DNA from: Terriglobia bacterium
GTDB taxonomy: Bacteria; Acidobacteriota; Terriglobia; 20CM-2-55-15
DNA length: 64,000 bases
Assembly (NCBI GenBank): GCA_965198225.1
Contig: CBDAOY010000009.1
Span: forward strand, 352,001-416,000
Direction of reading: 5' to 3'
Part shown: one piece after another, positions 24,318-32,927 of the stretch
Position numbering within the stretch: position 1 is the stretch's first letter
Layout of the letters: every line of letters starts with the position of its first letter
The notes under the pieces: generated by a model
What the model saw: only the letters and a program-made list of their open reading frames with translations
The model's database searches: none
Told to the model about the DNA's origin: nothing
Translations under genes and position numbers: made by a program

Positions 24318-24338
24318 TATGAGTGTTGTGGTGTCAAG
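24318..24338. promoter_or_regulatory. HAIR-like (HspR-type) operator overlapping the hsp20-clpB promoter
   Basis: Minus strand CTTGACA-N7-ACTCATA versus consensus CTTGAGT-N7-ACTCAAG (10 of 14); contains TTGACA -35 with TATCAT 18 bp downstream. Confidence 0.55.
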
Positions 24339-24621
24339 TTTTAACATCTCGCCCGGCTTGCCGATGGTCTACCCCAAACGCGCGACGACGTGGCGGCGAT
24401 CTAGATTAAAGCCCTATTATACAATAATTTATATGGTCGACTGGGCACAACCGATACCGCGGTTGCTCCAGACATTCCTCGTGGTTTGGTGTCAGAACCA
24501 TGGCGGGCTTCGACGGGTCCCTGAACACTGGCCTGTAGTTTATGGTGTGGAGAATGTGCAGAGCATGCCGGGGGCACCAACCCGGGCGTCCGTCGGACCA
24601 AGCTGATATCATTGCAACCGC

Positions 24622-25704
24622 ATGGACCCTGCCGCGCTGACTCATCGCCAGAAAAACGAAGAATCGACCCCGAACCTGGCCGACTACGACTACGGGTTGC
24701 CACCCGAAGCGATTGCCAAAGAGCCCGTGCAACCTCGAGACGCGTCCCGGATGCTGGTCGTCGACCGTCGCTCGGGACGGCTGACGGATGCGCACTTTCG
24801 CGAGCTGGCCCGTTACCTGCGTCCATCCGACGTCGTCGTGGTCAATAACACGCGGGTCCTGAAGGCGCGCGTCTTCGGCAGGCTCGCCGGGGATAGGCGC
24901 GATGTGGAGGTCCTGTTTGCGAACCCCGTTTCCGAGCGGACCTGGGAAGTGATGCTTCGGCCCGGAAAACGGGTGCGAGAAGGCGATCGAATCCACCTGG
25001 ACGACGAGATCGCCTTCAGGGTCGGGGAGCGCCGGGACCACGGCCTTCGCCTGATCGAGCTCGAGACGTCCAGGCAGGCCGGAGTCGTCGGGGTGCTCGA
25101 GCGATACGGTCACGTACCGCTGCCTCCCTACATTGGGCGACCGGACCGCCCGGCCGATGAAACCGATTACCAGACAGTGTACGCAGACAAGATGGGCGCC
25201 GTTGCGGCGCCGACGGCAGGCCTTCATTTCAGCGACAACGTGTTCGCTTCCCTCGATGAGGCGGGCATCGAGGTGGTCGAGCTCACCCTGCATGTGGGCA
25301 TCGGAACCTTCATGCCTGTACGCTCCGAGGACCCGGCAAACCACCGGCTCAAGGGCGAACATTACGAACTCACCCTGCCGGGCGCCGAAGCGCTGAACCA
25401 GGCGCGTCAGGACGGACGTCGTATCGTGGCTGTCGGCACGACAACGACGCGAACGCTCGAACACGTCTTCGCACAGAACGGCAAGTTCGTGGCGGGTAAA
25501 GGCGAAACCGACCTCTATATTCTCCCCGGGTTCCGCTTCGCCGCGATCGACGTTCTGCTCACCAATTTTCACCTCCCGCGAACGACCCTGCTGCTGATGG
25601 TCTCTGCGTTCGCTTCCCGGAAAATCGTCCTCGAGGCTTACAGCCACGCCCTCCGGGAGGGCTACCGGTTCTACAGCTACGGGGACTGTACGCTCTTCGC
25701 CTAG
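24622..25704 (+). CDS. queA: S-adenosylmethionine:tRNA ribosyltransferase-isomerase
   Basis: GHVPLPPYI, YQTVYA, AVAAPTAGLHF, TNFHLPRTTLL, YRFYSYGD. Confidence 0.97.
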   Translation: MDPAALTHRQKNEESTPNLADYDYGLPPEAIAKEPVQPRDASRMLVVDRRSGRLTDAHFRELARYLRPSDVVVVNNTRVLKARVFGRLAGDRRDVEVLFANPVSERTWEVMLRPGKRVREGDRIHLDDEIAFRVGERRDHGLRLIELETSRQAGVVGVLERYGHVPLPPYIGRPDRPADETDYQTVYADKMGAVAAPTAGLHFSDNVFASLDEAGIEVVELTLHVGIGTFMPVRSEDPANHRLKGEHYELTLPGAEALNQARQDGRRIVAVGTTTTRTLEHVFAQNGKFVAGKGETDLYILPGFRFAAIDVLLTNFHLPRTTLLLMVSAFASRKIVLEAYSHALREGYRFYSYGDCTLFA

Positions 25705-25754
25705 AGGCGCGTTTTAGCCGCCTGTTCGGCCCGTCGCGGGTTGGCCGTACACGG

Positions 25755-25782
25755 TTGACACTGCAAGGGCTTACGTTATAAT
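25755..25782 (+). promoter_or_regulatory. Consensus sigma70 promoter of the cold-shock gene (long 5' UTR)
   Basis: TTGACA-N16-TATAAT, about 135 bp upstream of ATG 25919. Confidence 0.8.
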
Positions 25783-25918
25783 GTCGCGGTCCAAATACTC
25801 TGCAGCACAGCGTAAGTTCGAAAAGAGCGACCCACTGAACTTCCCGTCGACGGTCCCCCTTTTCAAGCTTTGCGGTTTGGGCAGCAACAGTTCTTGAAGT
25901 AAAGGAGTTTGGAGAGGC

Positions 25919-26128
25919 ATGTCTAAAGAAACTGGCAAAGTGAAGTGGTTCAACAATAAGAAGGGCTTTGGGTTTATCGAGAGGGCCAGCGGCGGGGATG
26001 TTTTTGTTCACTATTCGGCGATCGAGAGCGACGGGTATAGAACTCTGAAAGAGGGGGATGACGTCGAGTTCAACATCACGGAAGGACCGAAAGGGTTTCA
26101 GGCGGAAAACGTCACGAGACCTGAATAG
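25919..26128 (+). CDS. Cold-shock protein (CspA family)
   Basis: [24 protein letters not shown]. Confidence 0.97.
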   Translation: MSKETGKVKWFNNKKGFGFIERASGGDVFVHYSAIESDGYRTLKEGDDVEFNITEGPKGFQAENVTRPE

Positions 26129-26157
26129 CGACCTGGAAGATTTTTTTCATCAAGGTT

Positions 26158-26191
26158 AAGGACCCTGTGATTCGCTTCGCAGGGTCTTTTT
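26158..26191 (+). terminator. Rho-independent terminator
   Basis: aaggaccctgtga-loop-tcgcagggtcttttt. Confidence 0.85.
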
Positions 26192-26870
26192 GCGTGTGCT
26201 CGGTTGGCGTCTCCCCGCGTAACTTTTTGCTTCAGCCTGCTTCGTCACCCGTGATCCGCAAACAGCATCAGAATCACAGAAGGGAGAAAACGCCAGTTCG
26301 GTGAAAGCCCTTCAACTCGGATCCGCCCCGGACCCAACTGCCAGCGAGCTCATCGTCGATCATTTCTTCAACAACATCCTGACCGCCGGCTTTCGACTCT
26401 TCCCCAACGTTGCGGACGCTGCCACCGGCAAACCTGTTCCCGATCTCGGCCCGGCAACTTCCTTGTCAAGCAACCGATCAGCCAGCAGGCTTGCGGCTCT
26501 CCAATGCCCATACCCCCGTTTGTCGGCTCGCCTCCAAGCACGTTCGTCCCGATGGACCTGGACGTCGAAACGCTCAATCTCAGCGACGGCCGGTACACTG
26601 TCGAACTCCTGGAGAGTCCGGGATGCCTGTCGAAGGTCCGGTCGCGGCCCAGTTCAGGTTGAGAAATGGAATGCGGCAGGGAACCATGGTCGCACCGGGG
26701 GTCGGTGTTCGGGCCGCAGTGCAATCACGGGACCCCGTCTTTTCCTCGTGCGCCTGCGCCGCCAGGCGATGCCGTCTATCCGCACGGGCCCTGATGAAGG
26801 CAACTGTCGCACGATCTAAGTTATTGAATAGAAAGCATCGAGACCGTGTCATCCGTGGTATAAAGGAACG

Positions 26871-29537
26871 ATGTCGAGGCTCTACCACCTCCGGCGCGAG
26901 CTTGAATTCTCGACTCAGACCCGTCAGGGGAAGTCCTACCTGGTCGTCAAGGACCCGGTAACGAATCGCTACTTCAATTTCAAGGAGATGCAGGCCAGCA
27001 TCGTCGAACTGGTCCGGGAACCGATCGACATTGACTCGCTGGGCGCAGCGGCAGCCGCCCGGTTGGGCGCCACGGTCAAGGCGGCGTCCCTGGAAGGCTT
27101 CCTGAAATCGCTCGAAGAGAAGCACCTCCTCGACACGCCGACCGTCGCCGAAAAACTCGCCGTCTACAAAGAGCGCAAGCCACGGGGAAAAAGCCTCCTC
27201 TACATGCAGCTCGTGTCGCTCAATCCCGAGAGGGTCTTAGGCTATCTGCTGCCCAAGGTGGGGTGGTGCTTCACGCCGGCATTCAACGTGTTCGCTGCGA
27301 TCGCGATCATTTGCGGGTTCGTCATCACTTTCTTGAACGCAGGTACGTTAGCTCAGGAAACCCTTTCGCTCTTCAGCCTTCGCGGCGCGCTGATGACCTG
27401 GCTGGTCGTCGCCGCGGTGTTGACTGTCCACGAGTTTGCACACGGGCTGACATGCTGTCATTTCGGCGGCAAGGTGCAGTCGATGGGCTACATGCTCATT
27501 TATTTCAGCCCGGCCTTCTTCTGCGACGTGAGCGATGCCTGGATGTTCCCGACCCGTCGCGAAAGGATGTGGGTCACGTTTGCCGGCGGCTACTTTCAGC
27601 TCGTCATGTGGGGGCTCGCCGCGATCGCCTGGCGGGTCCTTGCCGAAGACACACTCGCCAGCGAAATCCTGCTGATCGTGATGGTGACTTCCGGAATCCA
27701 GACGCTGTTTAACTTCAATCCGCTCATCAAGCTCGACGGCTACTACATGCTGAGTGACTACCTGGAGATCCCGAACCTGCGGGAGAAAGGGTTCCGGGCG
27801 TTCCGGGCGTGGCTGGCGGGAACGGCCGATCCCCTTCTTGATACGCCGCAGCGTAAGGCGCTGCTGCGGTACGGAGCCATCTCGCTGACCTTTTCGACGT
27901 TACTGCTGTCGTTCGTTTACGTTAACATCTATCTGCTAGCGACCTCATACTTTGCTTTTGCGGGTCTGGTCGGGTTTTTGATGTTTTCGGGATACACATT
28001 GAGACGGACGGCGGCAGAACCGGTGGCAGGCGTTCGATCATTGATCACACGCGCGATGCTCCGCAAGTTCCGAAACTTCGGTGTAGGAGCGGCGGCGGTG
28101 CTGGCGATGATCATCGTCCCATGGGAGCTGAAGATTTCCGCCGATTTCCGAATCCTGCCGCTACAGGAATCGATCGTCCGCAGCGAAACCGCGGGTACCG
28201 TGGCCGAAGTGCTGATCCGCGAAGGAAGCCGCGTCGAGGCCGGCGAAGTGATCGTCCGCTTGTATGACTTCGACAAGCAGAAGGAGTTGGAAACCGTCTC
28301 GGGCGAACTGGAGCAGAAACAGGCCGAGTTGGCTCAGCTCCGGGTCGGGCCACGCACGGAGGAGATCGACCAGGCCGAAAAGCTCGTCGACACGAAGCGG
28401 GTCGAACTGGAGAACATCCGGAGAAACGTCCAACTCCAGAACCAGCTCGAGCAGGCGCTCACTACCAGGCAGACGGAACTGAGGCTCGCAGAAATCGAGT
28501 TACGGAGAACGACCGACCTTTTCATAGAGGAACTTGGTTCGAGGGTCGACATGGAGAAGGCACAGGCCACTGTGGAAGTCCGCCGCAGCGCGGTCGCGGA
28601 AGCCGAAGCGTCGGTTCAGATTCTGGCCGAGAAGAACGACCGCGAAGAAGACCTCAAGACCCGGGAACTTGCCGAGGCCGAGAGCGCGCTCGCGCTCCTG
28701 CGCGCCGGTTCGCGGCCCGAGGAAATCCAGCAGCGGGAAGCTGAAGTCAACATGCTGGAAGCCCGGCAGCGCATCCTGGGCGAAGAAATCAAGAAGAGCG
28801 AAATCCGCGCGGGAATTTCGGGAACGGTCACGACCCCGTTTGTCCAGAAGATACTCAACCGTCACCTGCAGGCCGGCGAAGAGGTCTGCCGCATCGTTGA
28901 CATGGACCGCGTCCGCGCCGAGATGTTCGTGCCGGAGCAGGAAATGGGTGATGTATCCGGAGTTAGCGTCGCGATGACGATGGAAGCAAGGGCACAGGAC
29001 GTCCGGGAACTAGACGTCACTCTCACTTTTCAGGGTGATGAGGTTCGGTTGGACGTCCCCGCTCTTGGCGCCGTCTACGTCGGGGCACTGGACAAGGGCG
29101 GCGAAACGATATCCGGGACATGGAGACATGCGGATGCTCAGCTCCCGCTCACCTTCGATAAGGATAAGATGGATTCGGAGGCGATGGCTGGTTCGTCGAG
29201 CGCCACCACCGCGTTGGCGGGAGTGTGGGACGGAACACTCGGCGAGGGGAAACTGAAGCTTCGGTTCGAGCCGGGCATGCCGGTCCGACTGAAAGCGCGC
29301 AGCTTCCCGACCCGCGAGTTCGAGGGCAACGTCGACTTCATCGCACCCGTAGCCGAGATGGTGGACAACGCGCGCGTCATCAAGATTCGAACCGAGCTGG
29401 ATAACGGCGACGGGATGCTCAAGCCGGACATGACGGGCGTCGCAAAGATCCACGCCGGCCGCCGCCAGGTCATCGCGCTGATGACCCGCCGCATAATCCG
29501 CTGGTTCCGAACTGAATCCTGGTACTACCTCCCCTGA
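26871..29537 (+). CDS. PqqD/RRE-like + M50 zinc metalloprotease + HlyD-type membrane-fusion protein
   Basis: N-terminal beta3-alpha3 pattern (YLVVKDPVTNRYFNF...FLKSLEEKHLL); HEFAH and NFNPLIKLDGYY M50 motifs; lipoyl-like half motifs, long coiled coil and LKPDMTG barrel. Confidence 0.9.
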   Translation: MSRLYHLRRELEFSTQTRQGKSYLVVKDPVTNRYFNFKEMQASIVELVREPIDIDSLGAAAAARLGATVKAASLEGFLKSLEEKHLLDTPTVAEKLAVYKERKPRGKSLLYMQLVSLNPERVLGYLLPKVGWCFTPAFNVFAAIAIICGFVITFLNAGTLAQETLSLFSLRGALMTWLVVAAVLTVHEFAHGLTCCHFGGKVQSMGYMLIYFSPAFFCDVSDAWMFPTRRERMWVTFAGGYFQLVMWGLAAIAWRVLAEDTLASEILLIVMVTSGIQTLFNFNPLIKLDGYYMLSDYLEIPNLREKGFRAFRAWLAGTADPLLDTPQRKALLRYGAISLTFSTLLLSFVYVNIYLLATSYFAFAGLVGFLMFSGYTLRRTAAEPVAGVRSLITRAMLRKFRNFGVGAAAVLAMIIVPWELKISADFRILPLQESIVRSETAGTVAEVLIREGSRVEAGEVIVRLYDFDKQKELETVSGELEQKQAELAQLRVGPRTEEIDQAEKLVDTKRVELENIRRNVQLQNQLEQALTTRQTELRLAEIELRRTTDLFIEELGSRVDMEKAQATVEVRRSAVAEAEASVQILAEKNDREEDLKTRELAEAESALALLRAGSRPEEIQQREAEVNMLEARQRILGEEIKKSEIRAGISGTVTTPFVQKILNRHLQAGEEVCRIVDMDRVRAEMFVPEQEMGDVSGVSVAMTMEARAQDVRELDVTLTFQGDEVRLDVPALGAVYVGALDKGGETISGTWRHADAQLPLTFDKDKMDSEAMAGSSSATTALAGVWDGTLGEGKLKLRFEPGMPVRLKARSFPTREFEGNVDFIAPVAEMVDNARVIKIRTELDNGDGMLKPDMTGVAKIHAGRRQVIALMTRRIIRWFRTESWYYLP

Positions 29538-29678
29538 GAAAATGCGCATATTTTGCGCCAACACCCTCTCCTGCGCCAATATTTTCGCCAAACCTTTGGT
29601 CAACCTAACGCGATTCCAAGAATTAATGTATTTTTTGGAAACTCCCGCTTATCCTTATTTCTGAAGGCTAAGGAAGTC

Positions 29679-29782
29679 GCCTTTGTAAAACGGCAAATTC
29701 GTCGAAAGACGAAGACGCAAAGCCACAAGGCTACAATCCCTTGAGGTTCGGATGGGATCATGCCGGTTGGGTTGCCAAAGGC
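29679..29782 (+). ncRNA. c-di-GMP-I (GEMM-I) riboswitch aptamer 1
   Basis: GGCAAA-TTCGTC-GAAA-GACGAA-GACGCAAAGCCAC...GGGTTGCC; P1 gcctttg/caaaggc; canonical G20, A47, C92 equivalents. Confidence 0.9.
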
Positions 29783-29835
29783 AGGGAAGTGGCAAACCGG
29801 CACGGAGCCTTCTGCCCTCCTCACCGAGAAGAATT

Positions 29836-29953
29836 CTCTGACAGATGCAAATCCGTCGAAAGGCGGGGCCGCAAAGCTTCGAGACCACCGGTTCGTCGGT
29901 TGATCTGTGGATCGGCCGGATAGATCACGTCGGTCGCGCTGCCTGACTAAGAG
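29836..29953 (+). ncRNA. c-di-GMP-I-like riboswitch aptamer 2 (U20 variant)
   Basis: TGCAAA-TCCGTC-GAAA-GGCGG-GGCCGCAAAGC...GCGCTGCC with an extended P3; T in place of G at position 20. Confidence 0.75.
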
Positions 29954-30014
29954 GTTCCACCTCGGGCTCACCTTTTCTTTTTTGCAACGAATCGAGAACT
30001 GGAGGTAGCTGGCT

Positions 30015-30038
30015 ATGTACGGCGTGATTTGGGTCTAG
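30015..30038 (+). CDS. Candidate 7-aa micropeptide MYGVIWV
   Basis: Strong SD GGAGGT 8 nt before ATG; first ORF after the riboswitches; followed by the hairpin acgacgtc-tcgcg-gacgtcgt (30062-30082). Confidence 0.45.
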   Translation: MYGVIWV

Positions 30039-30119
30039 CCCACACTAGAACTGGAAGTGATACGACGTCTCGCGGACGTCGTTTGAGGATCTTAACTCCG
30101 TCCGTCCCTGGAGAATAGA

Positions 30120-30212
30120 ATGAGTGAGAATGGTGTTATCCTGATCGATATTGAAATCGAGGAACTGGAACAGAAGATTGCCCCGAGTGGTTACTTGGCC
30201 AATGATGACTGA
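30120..30212 (+). CDS. Candidate 30-aa precursor peptide MSENGVILIDIEIEELEQKIAP-SGYLANDD
   Basis: SD GGAG before ATG; acidic leader ending in EELEQKIAP; followed by the hairpin gccgcgagc...gctcgcggc (30221-30253). Confidence 0.75.
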   Translation: MSENGVILIDIEIEELEQKIAPSGYLANDD

Positions 30213-30279
30213 TTGAGCTCGCCGCGAGCAAAGAGGCGTCCTCTAGCTCGCGGCTGCGACGTCTGTTTGGCCTCGCGAA

Positions 30280-32769
30280 GTGACGTGGAATAAGCTCACA
30301 GTCCAGGCGAAGGCATACCTCCGGAGCGTCTATGCAATAGGCGCTCTGCTGTCCTTTGTCTGCATGGCTGCGCCCGCCCGTATTTCAGAAACCCCTAATC
30401 GATTCGACTCCGAATGGGTTTTCCTGACACTGGTCTCGCTCTTTGTCGCGACGGTTACGGTTCGCTTACCTAGAACACCGTCCGCCGTGATATCGATCGG
30501 TGACGTCTTTACCATCCTGGCACTACTCCAGTTCGGCCCGGGACCCGCGCTCGTCATGTACTGGAGCCAGATCATCATCCTAATTGCAACCGACCAGGTG
30601 AAACGGCGTGGATGGCGGAGCTTCGTTCGAGTATCGGCCCTTTATCAACACTTCTTCTACTACAAGCACCTGTTCAACCTCGCCACGTGCGCGCTATCGA
30701 TCTCGGCCATGAGCGTGGCGCTGATGACGGCCGATCTGATTGGCCTGTCCGATCCCCTAGGTTTTGCTGTCAAACTTGCAGCCCTTGCAACAGTATGGTT
30801 TGCAGTCAATACGGGCACACTCTCTCTGGCGATTGCGCTTTTGGAAGACAAGTCCTTTTGGAAGACTTGGTTTGACGGCGTCAGTCTGTATGTCCTTAAT
30901 TTCTTTGGCTCGGCGGCGGCGGCGGGCTTGATGTCTCAGTTCTATGAACAGGCCGGTTTCTCGACTTTCCTGTTCGCCCTACCCATCGTTGTGGTCTTTT
31001 ACCAGCTCTACCGGTTCTACATCGAAAAGTTCGAGCACGCCCGGGCACACATTGCCGAGTTGAACAAGCTCTACCTCCAGACGGTCGAAGCGCTCGCGAC
31101 CGCCGTCGATGCGAAAGACCGCTACACCCACGGCCACATTCGACGCGTCCAGTGCTACGCGATCGAGCTGGCAAGGCGGATGGGAATGACCGACGAGTGG
31201 GACTTGATGGCCATTCGGTCCGGCGCCTTACTTCACGACATCGGGAAAATTGCGATTCCCGAGTATATCCTGAACAAGCCGACAGTGCTGACGGAGTCCG
31301 AGTTCGAAAAGATGAAGATTCATCCGTCGATCGGCGCCAGCATGCTCAAAGGCATCGAGTTCCCGTTTCCGGTTGAACCCCTGGTCAAGTCCCACCACGA
31401 GCGCTGGGACGGAAAAGGCTATCCAGAAGGGCTCAGCGGCGAAGAAATCCCGCTTAGCGCAAGGATCCTGTCGCTGGTCGACTGCTACGACGCCCTGACG
31501 ACCAATCGTCCATATCGCGCCCCCATGTCTCGCGACCAGGTCATCGAGTTCTTCCGGCGGGAGTCCGGAAGAGCCTATGATCCAGAGGTCGTCGAGACAT
31601 TCGTCGCAAACATCGGGAATTTGGAGGAGGAAGCCACAAAGATCGAAATTCCCGACTCTGATATCTGGGGAGGGCTCACCGTCGAGCGAAGGGTGAGCGA
31701 GAACGTGCGAGCCCTGGAGAAGGTGCAACCCACCGTCACGTACAGCGACGCAATGAACGTCACCCCGTTTGCGCAGACCGAACTCTACTCGGTCTTCGAG
31801 TTCGTACGTGCGGCAAATTGCCTCCGCACGGATGACGTCCTCGCCTTCATCGGGATCAAGCTCAGGAACTTGATCCAGTTCGACGCCGCAGTTTTCTACC
31901 TCGCGGATCTCGATCGCGGTGTTGTCGTCCCGTCGCATGTGTTGGGGCGGATGGGGGATGCCATCAAGGAGGGTGTACCCCTTCCGCTCGACCAGAAGCT
32001 GAGCGGGTGGGTCGCGGCCAACAACCAGGCCCTGCGCAACCTGCCGCCGTTCCCGGATTTCAGGAACTTCCACGATCCGAAGCCGCGGTTTGAGATCTCG
32101 AGCATCGCCCCGATGAACCATCGCGGCATCGTCGTCGGGTCCCTGGCACTGTACCGGGAAGCGAAGGAGAACTTTTCCGACCTGGAATTTCGGCACCTGG
32201 AGATTATTGCCGCGCAGGCCGCGGTCGCCTTGAATCGGGCTCGCGAACAAGAGGGCACCGAATCCGCGCTCTTCGACGAGCTCACCGAACTGCCGAACGG
32301 CTACCAGATGTACCTGATGTTCGATCAGGTCGCCACAGATGCGCTACGCTATGAATACCCGTTGGCGCTGATGGCCTTCCGGTTGGACGAGTTCGCGGAG
32401 ATCAAGCGACGTTATGGACATCTCAGCACAGCCGAAGTCGTGAGGTTCATCTCGCGCTATCTGAAGGACGAAGTCCGGGATACGGACATTCTCGTGCGTT
32501 ATGCGGACGACCAGTTCCTGACGCTGAACCCCAAAATGAGCCGGGATCAATCGGAGGTTCTAAAGTCCAGAATCCAGAGCGAGCTGGACCGGCACAAGTT
32601 CATGATCCGCCACGGGATCGAACTGGCGCCAAGGGTCTCGATCGGCATCGCCGAGTTCCCAGAGGAAGCCACAAAGCTCGAGGACCTGCTTTCCATCGCC
32701 GAATGGCGCCTCACGGAAGACGAGCGACTCCGGTCGATGGCTCGCCGGACACTGTCTTTCCCCTCCTGA
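30280..32769 (+). CDS. Membrane-sensor HD-GYP c-di-GMP phosphodiesterase with GAF and degenerate GGDEF domains
   Basis: About 7-8 N-terminal TM helices; KDRYTHGH, LHDIGK, HHERWDGKGYPEGL, DCYDALTTNRPYR; GGDEF site reads RYADDQF. Confidence 0.92.
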   Translation: MTWNKLTVQAKAYLRSVYAIGALLSFVCMAAPARISETPNRFDSEWVFLTLVSLFVATVTVRLPRTPSAVISIGDVFTILALLQFGPGPALVMYWSQIIILIATDQVKRRGWRSFVRVSALYQHFFYYKHLFNLATCALSISAMSVALMTADLIGLSDPLGFAVKLAALATVWFAVNTGTLSLAIALLEDKSFWKTWFDGVSLYVLNFFGSAAAAGLMSQFYEQAGFSTFLFALPIVVVFYQLYRFYIEKFEHARAHIAELNKLYLQTVEALATAVDAKDRYTHGHIRRVQCYAIELARRMGMTDEWDLMAIRSGALLHDIGKIAIPEYILNKPTVLTESEFEKMKIHPSIGASMLKGIEFPFPVEPLVKSHHERWDGKGYPEGLSGEEIPLSARILSLVDCYDALTTNRPYRAPMSRDQVIEFFRRESGRAYDPEVVETFVANIGNLEEEATKIEIPDSDIWGGLTVERRVSENVRALEKVQPTVTYSDAMNVTPFAQTELYSVFEFVRAANCLRTDDVLAFIGIKLRNLIQFDAAVFYLADLDRGVVVPSHVLGRMGDAIKEGVPLPLDQKLSGWVAANNQALRNLPPFPDFRNFHDPKPRFEISSIAPMNHRGIVVGSLALYREAKENFSDLEFRHLEIIAAQAAVALNRAREQEGTESALFDELTELPNGYQMYLMFDQVATDALRYEYPLALMAFRLDEFAEIKRRYGHLSTAEVVRFISRYLKDEVRDTDILVRYADDQFLTLNPKMSRDQSEVLKSRIQSELDRHKFMIRHGIELAPRVSIGIAEFPEEATKLEDLLSIAEWRLTEDERLRSMARRTLSFPS

Positions 32770-32927
32770 CTTTCTCTTTGTCCGACAAAAGTCGCGTTTT
32801 TTGCGTTCCTTGTTCCGCCAAAGCGCGATAAATTGTCGCGGCTCTCGTTCTAACAATCTCCAGATGCTGAATGACAGCTCTGGCACCGGCAGTGCTGGTG
32901 ATCTGACGGGAGGAAGGCCCTCAATCA

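Noticed and set aside
26301-26819. 172-aa ORF upstream of the M50 fusion
   Set aside because: No recognisable family; protein-like fragments (e.g. TFVPMDLDVETLNLSDGRYTVELL) are in a different frame, so at best an unidentifiable remnant.
29783-29820. Third GEMM aptamer (gtggcaaaccggc...)
   Set aside because: Only the GGCAAACC start is present; no GNRA-capped P2 or GACGCAAAGC junction.
26871-30212. Complete RiPP antibiotic biosynthetic cluster
   Set aside because: No radical SAM, YcaO, lanthipeptide, PEARL or other modifying enzyme is in the window; modification in trans cannot be excluded.
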